NCBI GenBank assembly: GCA_951406725.2 | Contig: OX597832.1 | Coordinates: 8,060,001-8,124,000, forward strand | Direction of reading: 5' to 3' | DNA length: 64,000 bases | Origin: Octopus vulgaris | Taxonomy: Eukaryota | Shown here: positions 1-12,548 of the stretch, in pieces | How positions within the stretch are numbered: the stretch's first letter is position 1 | How the letters are laid out: every line of letters starts with the position of its first letter | Notes under the pieces: generated by a model | The model's input: only the letters and a program-made list of their open reading frames with translations | What the model was told of the DNA's origin: nothing | Database searches by the model: none | Program-made: the position numbers and the translations under genes

Positions 1-122
1 AGACCGATAGAATAAGTACTGGGCTTACAAAGAATAAGTCCCGGGGTCGAGTTGCTCGATTAAAGGCGGTGCTCCAGCATGGCCGCAGTCAAATGACTGA
101 AACAAGTAAAAGAGAAAGAGAA
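1..122 (+). mobile_element. SINE family A, 3' end (cut by window edge)
   Basis: Near-identical to 34044-34160 and 12360-12480 (agaccgatagaataagtact...catggccgcagtcaaatgactgaaacaagtaaaagag); followed by (TA)n. Confidence 0.9.
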
Positions 123-175
<53 letters not shown>

Positions 176-998
176 TATTATATGCATTGTGATACTCTAG
201 CATTACGTATGTTTCTAACTTGTAAACATCGTTTGTTCATGCAAAACAAAAAATTGAAAAACACCTTAAGGAAAGAAAAAATACACTATTTCTGTTGTTT
301 CTACTCCGATATTTATAGCATGATGCTCATCTCTATAACACGGGAATTTATTTTTCTAATTTGTAACTATTATACTGATGTTTTTTTTCATACAAAAATA
401 CGAAATTAAAAGAAAACTAACTTTAATTTTCAATACAAAACATCGAAATTACAGTGTATACATAGACATACTTCCAAACGCAAGAACTCACAGGAACACA
501 TACACACACACGCAAACACTCGCACACACACATGCGCGCGGGCACACACACACACATGCGCGTGCGCACACACACACTTATATATTTAAATGTTCATAGA
601 ACAGTTTACCTTCCCTCTGGCACCTTAAGATAAAAAGAAAAAAAGGAAAAAGTAGTAAAAAAAGAAAAAAAGTGCAAAAACAAAAGTGCTCTCAGTGATG
701 ACTGCACCCCATCCCAGGGGAGATCACCATCCTTGAACTCATTTCAATAGAATGGTAAATGATTAAATAAATGAATTAGAAATCAAAATATCTCTCTCTC
801 TTTCTCTCTCTCTCTCTATCTATCTATCAACAAAGCAAAAGAATATGTTTTATATAAATAAATAACCTGTTTGTACATTCACAAAAAAAGTATTTGACTA
901 GTTCAAAAACGAACGGAAGCGCTTTAATAATGGATAAAAAAAAAATTACTTTTCCAAAATTTTGGTGACCACCTCCTTTGTCAGTATTCAATATCTAC

Positions 999-1190
999 AA
1001 GGCGGCGAGTAGGCAGAAAAGTTAGTATACCGTGTGAAATGCCTAGCGGTTCTGAGTTCAAATTCCGCCGAGCTCGATTTTGCCTTTCATCCTTTCGGCT
1101 TCAATAAATTAAGTACCAGTTCAGTACTGAGATCGATCTAATCAACAGTCCCCCTTCCCTAAAATTTCGGGCCTTGTGCCTAGACTAAAA
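999..1190 (+). mobile_element. SINE family C, diverged copy
   Basis: aaggcggcgag head, gagttcaaattccgccgag B-box-like motif and gcctttcatcctttcgg...taagtaccag body shared with 16643, 37899 and 14112(-). Confidence 0.85.
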
Positions 1191-1362
1191 GGAATATTTA
1201 ATATCTGTACACCATTTCTAACATTCTATACATACATTCATACATGCTAACACACACACACGCAAACGCACACGCACACACACTTATATATACATACATA
1301 TACGTATGTATATATAAGGCTATATATCTGCATATCTATCCAGCCAGCCATATATATATATA

Positions 1363-1410
1363 CTAGCATTAAAGACCCGTCGTTGCCGGGTCATAGTGCT
1401 AGTGCATGTA

Positions 1411-1449
<39 letters not shown>

Positions 1450-2557
1450 TACATGTACATTTATATATATATATATACATCTACACATAAAATACAAAAT
1501 ACAAAGTGATATCTTGATATCGCTAGTGATAACAATACTCAAAATATATAACAGACTGGAATTGTTAGCCCGCCTCTTGTAATTTCGATCAATTGTATCT
1601 TGTCCTCCCTCTTGTATAGAAGTGTGGTTACAAACCAGCCTACCTCTACTTCGGTGGGGGGGGGGGATTTTAAACCTTTTTCCGGGACGTCCTACGTCCC
1701 AGATATAAAGGGAAAAATAAAATATTTCCACTTTGCAAGTTCGAGTCGAGTACTCCCTTGCACGTTTCGTTGACTCGAACCTTGCTTCTATTGTAGCGAA
1801 TTTACCGCCTTTGATTAGATATCTTTCATAGTCGCACCAAGACACTTTTGAAGGTGCTTTCCTCCATGTGTTCAAATCTTCTGTTTTCTCTACATTGTAT
1901 ACTTTATAGACAATAGTCTTTTCTTTAATTTAATTTTTTATTATCCATCTGGACTATTCCTTTTCTGCACGCTAATCTTATTTTTAATTTATTCCCATTC
2001 ATGTGAAACCACTTATTCAAGTTCAAGTCATTGATGCAATTTTATACCAATTGCTATTTTTACTTTTGTTATGTTACGATTATATTATAATTTGATATTA
2101 ATTATTACTTACTACATATAATTCAATTGTTATTATTATTGTTAAAGTGAAAGTATCTGACATAAAATAGAGAAATGTTTTTGTTTCACTTTTAACACGT
2201 AATACTGAAATAGTGGAGAAGATATGATATAGCTATGGGCTCGCTCTAGGCAAGAAGTTGAACATTTTTTTTTGCCCATGAAACTATGGACCCTAAGTAA
2301 GGCATGTGTCAAATTTGAATGAAATTGAATGTGTAGTTCTCAAGTTTTAGGCAATCGTAGTGGAGAAGATATGATATTGCTGTGGGCTCGCCTTAGGCAA
2401 AAAGTTAAATATTTTTTGCCGATGACACTCCCCGGACCCTAAGTAAGGCATGTGTAAAATCTGAATGAAATTGGTTGTGTAGTTCTCAAGTTTTAGGGAA
2501 ACACACAGACAGACAGACAGACAGACACACATTCTCAGTTTTACATATATATAAAGA
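1363..2557 (-). mobile_element. Non-autonomous Helitron
   Basis: Minus strand starts A|TCTTTATATAT at 2557, followed by a (GTCT)n tract. It ends in the hairpin gacccggcaacgacgggtc plus CTAG|T at 1363, inserted in an AT dinucleotide with no TSD. Internal ~140-bp tandem duplication (2211-2350 / 2358-2496). Confidence 0.8.
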
Positions 2558-3779
2558 TATGTATATGTGTGATAATATGTATGTATATGTACGCGTGTTT
2601 ATGTTTGTGTGTATAACATACCCGCACAATGATACACATCTTTGAAAATTGCTCCATGACAACGAAGCGAAAGAATAATCTTTTCAATACTATTTGAAAA
2701 TGCATTTCTTACAGGTCTGTTGATCTTTTTCGCATTCTCTTCTGTGGTTTTATACTTAGCCTAATTTATCCAATATAAGACATTCTGTTTTCTGCTAACC
2801 CACCGCTTTCAATGCAGGCCTCTTCCCCGCCTCAAAAGGTGTTATTTCTACACTGAAGACAAACATTATCAATTGGTAAAACATCAGCCACTAGAAAGCT
2901 TTAAGACAAACATTCTAAAATTTGTTGCCATGACCACCACGGCCGGCATTATAAATGCAACATCTAGCCAGCAATAGCGATGACAACATCCTTCACAACG
3001 CTCTCATTATTATAAAGTCTTAATTTTAAAACCACAAATAACCTCATTGAAAATATGTTATGAACAATAGAAAAACAAATTTTCCAGACCTTTAGAGAAT
3101 ATTAATATTTTCTCAAAATTTTTCGACTTATTAGTCATGCTGTTGTTTTTGTAACTGTTGATGAGGAAGCTGATGATTGCAATGACGTTGTGTAAGATGA
3201 TGTTATTATTATTATTGTTGTTGGCGATGTTGTTGCCATTGTTTATCAAATAAAGTTATCAACATTTAGATCGTAATATTGCTTTTATTGTTAATGTTAC
3301 AAATGCATTATCTTATTTGTCAGTTATAGCTTACCTTGCGTAGTTTTATTTCTTTGTATTTCCTCTCTATCTCTTCCCCTCACTCCTCCACACACTCTCT
3401 CTGCCTCTCTCTCTGTCTCTGTTTCTCTCTCTCTCTCTAACTGTCTGTTGCCAACGTCGTACGACATTTTCGAAAAACCAAAATCAATTGATGACAATAA
3501 TTATGGAAAATTGTTTCGCAATCTAAGATTTACTTTAGGAAAAACGTTTGTTCCATTAACTTTTAATACACACAACAAACACTATTTCATTTCCAGGCAA
3601 CTCAGTCACTCACGTAGGCATTTTACCTTTCAAAACACTGTTATAAAAGTATGTTATCTTACACACACACATACACAAACACACACACTCACACACACAC
3701 ACATAAACACACACATATATATATGCATATATATCCATACCTACAGATGTACATATATACGCATTTGCATATAAGTTGA

Positions 3780-4007
3780 GACGTATGTATATGAATATAT
3801 ATGTGTATGTGTGTATGTGTCTTTAAATATATATGTATGTATATATATATATATATATATATATGCGTGTGTGCCTGTGCGTGAATATATATGTATAAAT
3901 ATATATACACACATATATATGTGTGTGTGTGCTTAAATATATATGAATATATATATATGTGTGTGTGAATAGATATATATATGTATATATACATATATGT
4001 GAATATA

Positions 4008-4040
<33 letters not shown>

Positions 4041-4051
4041 GTATATATACA

Positions 4052-4094
<43 letters not shown>

Positions 4095-4150
4095 GTGTAT
4101 ATATATGTATGTATGTATGTATATATATCTATATATATATATCTATATAT
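3780..4150. repeat. Compound (TA)n/(TG)n/(TATG)n microsatellite field
   Basis: Directly visible. Similar fields lie at 4817-4905, 5075-5133, 6298-6357, 12157-12265, 17678-17812, 23620-23740, 24315-24535, 43832-43900, 48260-48390, 54655-55085, 57850-58005, 58690-58872, 60817-60900 and 62660-62905. Confidence 0.95.
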
Positions 4151-4229
4151 GCTTTTGTATTTATGTGCGTGTGTTGAGGGGCGGTGGGCGGCACAGGTAT
4201 GTAACTCTATGTACGCAAATTTGACAAAG

Positions 4230-4790
4230 ATTTTGTAGAAGCTCCTTAATATGCAACAACGTTTGTAGCGAATGTTTCTACTCTACCGTCCTTATAAATC
4301 TATTTCTGTTTGAGAAACTCTCGGCAATTTAAACAATAATCAATAACAACTCAATCTATTTTGTTCTGCAAACAATTTACCAATATAAATTCCTTAGATT
4401 TGATTCTCTCAAATACATCAGAGATTAAAACTGTGTCATCAAATCACATGTTTTATTCTCTCTGTGACGGATAAGTATTAGATGTTCTTTCATTCTTGAT
4501 GACGTTTTAAAATAACATTCCATCACCAAACAAATGGAGAAAATGTCTCTATTAAAGATGCTTGAACACGCATTTTCTTTGTCATTCTCACAAATCTCCT
4601 CGAAGTACCCTGTAACAACATAAAATTCATAAACAGGCGTTGTGGCGGCAGAGATGTGAGGCTATTTTGTAGGATGTACTGCCGTACTTGCCCAAGTGTT
4701 CCATTTTTTAATTCAAATGCTGACTCGGTTAATTTTGTATTTCCTCCTTTCTTGGGAGATAAAATACCAATCAAAGTTGGTGAAATTATG
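4230..4790 (-). mobile_element. Highly degraded Penelope-like (GIY-YIG region) remnant
   Basis: Frameshifted minus-strand peptides STSYKIASHLCRHN, SSRMKEHLILIRHRENK and FDDTVLISDVFERIK occur in the order of PLE motifs (I..L.RHN; R.KEH...IR; DFD..IL). Confidence 0.4.
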
Positions 4791-4814
4791 AAACTTTAGA
4801 TCATTGGATATGCT

Positions 4815-4906
<92 letters not shown>

Positions 4907-5072
4907 AAATTAAATTAGAGATAAAACCACTATTAGGCAAATCAAACAGTGAAAATCATAAGTCAATACATAGAAATAAAATTAATAGAAAAAAATTATT
5001 TAAATAATTTAAACTTATAAATTTTAAATATATATATATATATTATTATTATTATTATTTTCTTTTCTTTTA

Positions 5073-5137
<65 letters not shown>

Positions 5138-5299
5138 TTTGAAATCAAAGACGTTTGTCATTTGAAAACAGCAACAAATCAAACGTGTTCTCTAGGACTT
5201 AGAAAATGTGTTGATAGGATTGTAAGTTTTAAGCATGTTCCACCTGATCACTCTTAATATCACAACACCGGCTAACAGGCATACATACAATGGGACACT

Positions 5300-6294
5300 G
5301 TCTAACAGGCATAAATACAATGAGGAATAAGGCGCGTGAGGGATTTTTTCCCAGTCATGTTCTTCGATTTTTCTGATGTAATGTTTGCAGTGAGGGGTCT
5401 TGCTTTATCATGATGAATAACTACTCCCTTTTGATTCACTAAAGTAGGCCTTTTTTCCCTCAAAGTAGTATACAAGCGCTTTAACTGTTAGCCATAGTTG
5501 TGAATAGCAATTGTTGCATTATTTGGCCCGAACGCAATCCTACCCAACAGGAGGAAGAACTTGTTTGCATGGAAGTTCTTTTGGGGTTGTTGTTCAGTCG
5601 GTTCTCCACAACTAAGCCATTGCCTGTGTCACTTAACATTTTCCTTTCATAAATTCACTTTTCCTCAACAGTAACTAATCTGTCTGAAATTGGGGAGATC
5701 CGTTCACATGAGTGAAGAGTTATGCAGATATCCACACGTGATATTCGGTTGGCGCCTGTAAAATCTAGGGATGCTCCGTTTTCCGAGTTTGGGCACCTTT
5801 CCGAGATATTGAAGACGGCAGTGAACAGTTGAATGGCTTGAATTTAGCTTGCTAGCCAATTGTTTAACTTACAGAGGTTATTCTTCTCAAGCTCTGACAA
5901 AAGAAGCACATCATCAAATTCAACACGGTGTTCTATTCATGGCACCTCTCTTAGGCTGAAATCTCCATTTGCTAACTATCTTCTGAAATTTCTTTCATTC
6001 AAGCACCTTTCAGCATTGACATAATGAATATTTTGTGCTTCTTCTACAGCACTGTTTCCTTTTCTTGAAGTCATAAAGTATAATGTACCTTAAATGTTCC
6101 TTCCATATATCCATATTTGAGGGATTAATATTAGTACTTAATTAAGTCAGATTATTCTGAAAGAAGAAATTATATTAAGTTAAATATTTCCAAATTCATA
6201 TGAGCATCACTCGATACGATTTGATATTTTAAAATACTATGAAATTTGATAAAAATTACATATGTGTTATTTCGGAAATTAATTAAGGGATTAC

Positions 6295-6297
<3 letters not shown>
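5300..6297 (-). mobile_element. Mariner transposon fossil (pseudogenised transposase)
   Basis: ATG at 6114 gives MDIWKEHLRYIILYDFKKGNSAVEEAQNI; downstream are KVPKLGK, DRLVTVEEK and VVIHHDKARPLTANITSEKIEEHDWEKIPHAPYS, with stops and frameshifts. A mariner-type terminus TATCAGGTAATCCC lies near 6297. Confidence 0.9.
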
Positions 6298-6357
<60 letters not shown>

Positions 6358-6359
<2 letters not shown>

Positions 6360-6741
6360 GGGGAAGCACTCCGTCGGTTACGACGATGAGGGTTCCGGTT
6401 GATCCGAATCAACGGAAAAGCCTGCTCGTGAAATTAACGTGTAAGTGGCTGAGCACTCCACAGACACGTGCACCCTTAACGTAGTTCTCGGGGATATTCA
6501 GCATGACACAGAGAGTGACAAGGCAGGCCCCTTGAAATACAGGTACAACAGAAACAGGAAGTAAGAGTGAGAGAAAGTTGTGGTGAAAGAGTACAGCAGA
6601 GATCACCACCATCCCTGCCGGAGCCTTGTGGAGCTTTTAGGTGTTTTCCTTCAATAAACACTCTCAACGCCCGGTCTGGTAATCGAAACCGCGATCCTAT
6701 GACCGCGAGTCCGCTGCTCTAACCACTGGGCCATTGCGCCT
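6358..6741 (-). mobile_element. SINE family B1, tRNA-derived (probably Arg), full length
   Basis: Minus-strand head ggcgcaatggcccagtggttagagcagcggactcgcggtcataggatcgcggtttcgattacc has A/B-box-like motifs. The body is near-identical to 9865-10152. Confidence 0.9.
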
Positions 6742-6844
6742 ATATATATATATAGGCACAGACGTACACGTACATATACATACAGGTACACGCGTATGCC
6801 TTTTGCACGTGTCTAGTTCGCCCGAAAAGGACTTCTAATATATA

Positions 6845-7047
6845 GGCACAGACGTGGTTGTATGGTAAAAAGATTACTTCTCAATCTCATGGTTCTCGGC
6901 GCAGTCCCACTGCGTGGAACATCGGGCGAATGTCCTCCAGCACTGCATGACAACCGGTTTTGGTGTCTCATGTCCCCGTAATTTAGCAGTTTTGAAAAAG
7001 TGACCTTGGTCGTAGTCAAATGACTGAAACAAGTAAAATATAAAAGT
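6845..7047 (+). mobile_element. SINE family A, internally deleted diverged copy
   Basis: Head (gtggttgtatggtaaaaag...gcagtcccactgcgtgg) and tail (gtcaaatgactgaaacaagtaaaa) match 33771-34160. Confidence 0.7.
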
Positions 7048-7048
7048 A

Positions 7049-7124
<76 letters not shown>

Positions 7125-7862
7125 ATAAAATTGATAGTATATTCTAAAATAATTACAATACACAAAGTTGACATAGTGCAACTATCCGAGATGTTCCGAC
7201 AGGCCAGCAGCATGCAAGACAAGGAAGTACAATAACCCTTCTCGAATCTCTGAGCGTTGGCGGTCAATTGAGGTATTATATATGGGGACATATTTCTGAT
7301 GTAGCGAGAAATTGATTGAAGATTACATCGAGGTCATCGGAAGTCGTTGCGTACGAATTCATGGAGGTGGAAACAGATCGTACATGGAAAATATCAACTA
7401 ACAACGACACTCCTCACTTGTTTTTGTGCCTATTAATGTTAAAGGAATCTTGAGTATCTGTCTGTATGTATGCATATGTGCTTGTTCGCATGTGTGCGTG
7501 TGTGTCGGTGTGCGTATATGCGAGAATGCACATATAACATATAGTCACATAGGCGCGTTCGCACATATACACACACATGCATATATATAGATATATTTAT
7601 ATTTAAGTGCATAATTATAGGAATATAATTATAATTCAGGGGGCTGGAATGTCAGCGCCTATACGCGACAATACAGCGCCCTTAATTTCAATTTTATTTT
7701 AATAATTATGTACTCCAAAATTAATTTTTACCGATATGGTCGTTTTTTTATACGCTAGCCAATGATAAAATGATTTTAATGATTATATGTTAAATTTATA
7801 AGTGTACACACACAGACACACACATATCTATATACATATATGTGTGTGTGTGTGTGTGTGTA

Positions 7863-8146
7863 GGAGCAGTCGCCCAGTGGTTAGGGCTGCGGACTCGCGG
7901 TCGTAGGATCACGGTATCGATTCCCAGACCGGGCGTTGTGAATGCTTATTGAGCGAAAACACCTAAAGCTCCACGAGGCTCCCGCAAGGAATGGAGGAGG
8001 CGATCCATGTTGTACTCTTTCGCCACAACGTTCTCGCTTAGCCAGCGGGGTGGGGTCATTTGAAGACTAAAACAATGCGAAGCGCATTGTGACCAGAGAT
8101 GTGTAACAACATCTGATAGCCTGGTCGGTCACGGTGATCACGGTGA
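7863..8146 (+). mobile_element. SINE family B2 (same tRNA head as B1, different tail)
   Basis: cgcccagtggttagggctgcggactcgcggtcgtaggatcacggtatcgattcccagaccgggcg matches the 6741 head; the tail ends in (TCACGGTGA)2. Confidence 0.85.
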
Positions 8147-9780
8147 TATATATGTATGTGTGTATGTATGTATACACTTAAACACACGCACAAAGCTACT
8201 TATATTTATATATATACATAAAAACTAACTCATGCACGCATATACACCCACATATATATATAGTATAAGTACACGTATACACGTATACCTTTTGCACGTG
8301 TCTCGTTCGCCTGAAAAGTATTTCGAATATAAATCTTTTAAATGTTGTCCTACTTATGGGAAGCCTTATAGATTAATCATATGTTTTTTATGTTCGCAAA
8401 CCAATTCATATATGCCGGTCACCCGCTCTTTTATACAAATATGCTGCTATGTGTCTGTATCGGTGTCAGTATACACAACCATATGTTTCATATAATTAGT
8501 TATCATTATCAATATTTTACCCAACATTTCTTTAGAACACGAGGAAGATTGGATAAGATTTAATTTCCTTCGTTCGAAAGTAGCTGTCAGTATGAATAAC
8601 TTCATTTTTATTCATGAGTTCAGAAATAGTCTTTTCTGGAAGACAAATACGCCATAATTTTGGCATTGGTTAATATATTACAGCATCGACAACATCACCC
8701 TCTGGTTTCAAAACACCAGCATCGTTAACATTATCATATACACGACCTCTTCCATAAATCTATTTTGTATCTAATATTTACTCCTTGTTCGAAACCAAGG
8801 GATTTCCAATTTCTATAGGAATCGGTCATAATTTGGCAGACTGAAATCATCTTCCTGAGGCAGAATGTGAATATATTTAGACAAAATGACATACTACTTC
8901 GAGCCAAAAGATAATTCACACATCATAAATCCTTTCTCTTAAGCGGTAATGAAATGAAAGCATTCTATTTACAGTATTAGTTTTGGGCAAGGTTTCATTT
9001 TATTTTCCTCAGTAAACTCCTTGTAATATTCACAGTTTGATATATCTTCACCCCGTTGGATATATTTAGAGTAAATTCCATTCGCAGCATTTCTATATCA
9101 CTGTCCTAACCAAGGTTGCTTAAAAACGGTTATCGTATTATGGCATTGAATGTAGGAACTCTGTGCCATCATTCGAATGAAAGATTATCTATATGTATTC
9201 ATGTATTAAAACTGAGACTGCTACATTTCTCCAGTATTAACTACGTACATCGAGGTAATTTAATCAGTGACAGTAATATATCATGTTTATAAACACTGAT
9301 TAGTAGGAGACACCGAGGAAATTGCCATGTGAATACTTCAGATGTGCAGGATAATAGCAGCTAAAAACGACTTAAATCATACGCTACTCTCTTAAATGCA
9401 AGGAGTACATATTGCATAAAATAACCTAATAGGTACTAGACACTCTTCTTGCTCAGAACATACGGTTATTGCTATCAGCAAATTCTCAACGTATAAGCCT
9501 TCACAATCCGAGCTGATGTCACCTTAAACAACAATAAGTGCAACAACAAATGCCATATGAACGCAATGTTTTACACATCACACAATATATCCCACAATCA
9601 CTTCCCAGTCGAATACTGTTTTGTTTCTCTGACTTTTACACTTTCTGGATAACTCTATTAAATATCTGTTATTGATACTGTAATTCTTGGGAACCTTGAA
9701 CTAAGAGTTATCGCATATAAACAGCAGAATTAAAAAAATCTGATAATTCTCAAAATAAATTCTTCTCCAAGTTTGTTTCA

Positions 9781-9836
<56 letters not shown>

Positions 9837-9864
9837 GCGTCTGTATGTGTGTGATGATATTGAT

Positions 9865-10152
9865 GGAAGCACTCCGTCGGTTACGACGATGAGGGTTCCG
9901 GTTGATCCGAATCAACGGAACAGCCTGCTCGTGAAATTAACGTGTAAGTGGCTGAGCACTCCACAGACACGTGCACCCTTAACGTAATTCTCGGAGATAT
10001 TCAGCGTGACACAGAGAGTGACAAGGCCGGCCCCTTGAAATACAGGTACAACAGAAACAGGAAGTAAGAGTGAGAGAAAGTTGTGGTGAAAGAGTACAGC
10101 AGGGATCACCACCATCCCCTGCCGGAGCCTCGTGGAGCTTTTAGGTGTTTTC
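9865..10152 (-). mobile_element. SINE family B1, head-truncated copy
   Basis: Near-identical to 6360-6650. Confidence 0.9.
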
Positions 10153-10165
10153 GATGTGTGTGTAT

Positions 10166-10252
10166 TTAGGTGTGACTGTGCGGTAAGAAGCTTCGCACCC
10201 AAACAAATGATTCCGGTTTCAGTTCCACTGCATGGCACATTCGGCAACTATC
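10166..10252 (+). mobile_element. SINE family A head fragment
   Basis: gtgactgtgcggtaagaagcttcg...ccggtttcagttccactgcatggcacattcggcaa matches 33779-33856. Confidence 0.7.
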
Positions 10253-10261
10253 TTTTGTGAA

Positions 10262-11678
10262 AGGTTGTTTTATATCGAAGTGTCAAGAGTAGGCAGAGTG
10301 ATACCGTTGTGTAGCAGAACAGATTTGATGCTCTCCTAGGATGCATGTATGAAAAGTCGCCATTTGGTTTTATCATATGGTATTTCCAGTTGCTCAAAAA
10401 GTTCAGTGATGTCATTACAAAAGCATAAGTAATCCTTCATGGTGAATAATTCAAGCAGATCCTCTGTACGTTTTCTGTACAGTTTTATCTTCGCTCCTTT
10501 TGCAAGAAGATTACGTTCCTGAAGTCAGAAACTCGCTTTTCTCTTTGGCTAAATTGAGATCACTGCACAGGCCATTTAGAGCCTCTTGAGAAAATGGTAT
10601 TGGTTAATTCTCGCTTTCTGGATCATTGGGCACCACACATTTACTACTGGAATGTTCATCAGCACTGCTGGAACTCTGCATTTCTTGAATTGGAGGTTTG
10701 GGCACAGGTAAATTTTCTGAGTGCTCTACTAGCTGATTGCAAATTTGCTGATTGCAAATTTGGGTAAACAATGTGTTTCTTTTTCTTTGCTGTAGTCACG
10801 GTGACAGAAATAGAAATCATTAGAGTGATCTCTCTGCTCACGCCTAATCATTGGCACACCAAACTTTATGTGAGCATTTTTTCCTGCATATGTCTTCACA
10901 TATGTAAGGCAACACATATGAGGAGCCCATGACTTATCCTGGTCTCCTAAGTAACAATCGATGTACGGCTTGTATATTTTCTTGAAATGGCGTGTAACAC
11001 TGCGCTTTTCTTTAGCAAAAGTCATTTCCCCACAGATATAAGAGAATCTGTTTGGATCATTTTTGCACTGTCTTGCACTCATTGTTGAAAACAAATAAAA
11101 TCTGAAAGATAAAAAATAACATTAAACACAAGCTTTGAAGTATAAAGTATTTATTGATAAACTCAAATTAAATATAATCAGTAATAAACCAGAAAATATG
11201 ATTTTAAGGGGAGTATCTCAAATTCCATTTTAGATGTAAATTAGGGATTTTTCAAACTCAGACAAATGACAAATCAGTGAGACAATGTAAACCATATACA
11301 CAAACAATCTTCTTGGATAACATTCGTAAAATATATTTGGCTTTCTTGCTGTTATTCCATATATTACGTTCTTAGAGTTACATAGTTTTTGTCTCTGACA
11401 TTTCTTATGAGCTAACAAAACCAATAACAAAATAAAACAAGAAATAAATATGAGCTGCCGACATCTTACACTCGTCAAATTCATGAACAACAGGGCTGGG
11501 TGGACGGCGTCAGCTGACTTGTCTTAGGCTTTCTATTTCAATATTACATTCTTGGACTTTCATAATAAAACCACTGTCAAATATGAAACCAGAAATAACT
11601 ATATACTGATGATATGATACTCTCATTGACGAACAAATAAAGTTCTCAGCTTGACACTTCGATATAAAACTACAACCT
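10262..11678 (-). mobile_element. TIR DNA transposon, internally deleted, with Chapaev3-like transposase N-terminal fragment
   Basis: TIRs 10262-10287 (aggttgttttatatcgaagtgtcaag) and 11650-11678 are flanked by TGAA / TTAA. The minus strand encodes CKNDPNRFSYICGE...LGDQDKSWAPHMCC...FGVPMIRREQRDHSNDFYFC, then DLNLAKEK..LQERNLL..FCNDITELFEQLEIPYDKTKWRLFIHAS*ESIKSVLLHNG. Family assignment is from recalled motifs. Confidence 0.8.
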
Positions 11679-12104
11679 TTAACAAAATTCTTGGAACACC
11701 AGGATAGGCTTGTCCTTTATGTCTACATTTACGTCGTTTTTAGCGAAATATTACTTGCTTCCACCATTTGGATAATGTCTCTGATACTTTATGCACACTG
11801 TCTTATTATTTTTATATGTTAAAAAGCATTATATTCTAGAAAATACAAGAAATATCGGGATCCTACATTCCGTCCGTGGCGATCACACTTGTTTTGTTTC
11901 CTGAATGTAATCTGTAACTTGTAGAAAACGTGTATTGTTCTTCATAGAAAATGGAATACTTGAAGTCTATTAACCGTAACTGTGCTATAATACTTTCGCT
12001 ATTACCACTAAATTATGCAAATTATATTTCAAAGACGATCATACTGATGAGCTGCGGGCAATTACGTAAGTGGTAATAGCGAACTTGAGCCAGTGACCTC
12101 TACT

Positions 12105-12548
<444 letters not shown>

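Noticed and set aside
690-760. GTGATGA resembling a snoRNA C box
   Set aside because: No properly placed CTGA D box or terminal stem.
3689-4238. Many ORFs rich in YI/HT/CV/LS dipeptides (also around 12100, 17600, 23500, 24300, 48100, 54600, 58600, 60750, 62500)
   Set aside because: They are translations of (TA)n, (CA)n, (TG)n and (TC)n microsatellites, not genes.
7863-7935. tRNA-like sequence with A/B boxes (also 6668-6741 and 33771-33840)
   Set aside because: It is continuous with dispersed repeat bodies and shows no complete cloverleaf; these are SINE heads, not tRNA genes.
12040-12100. CTGATGA-gct...agc-GAAC hammerhead-like motif
   Set aside because: GAAC instead of GAAA, and no stem I or stem III pairing.
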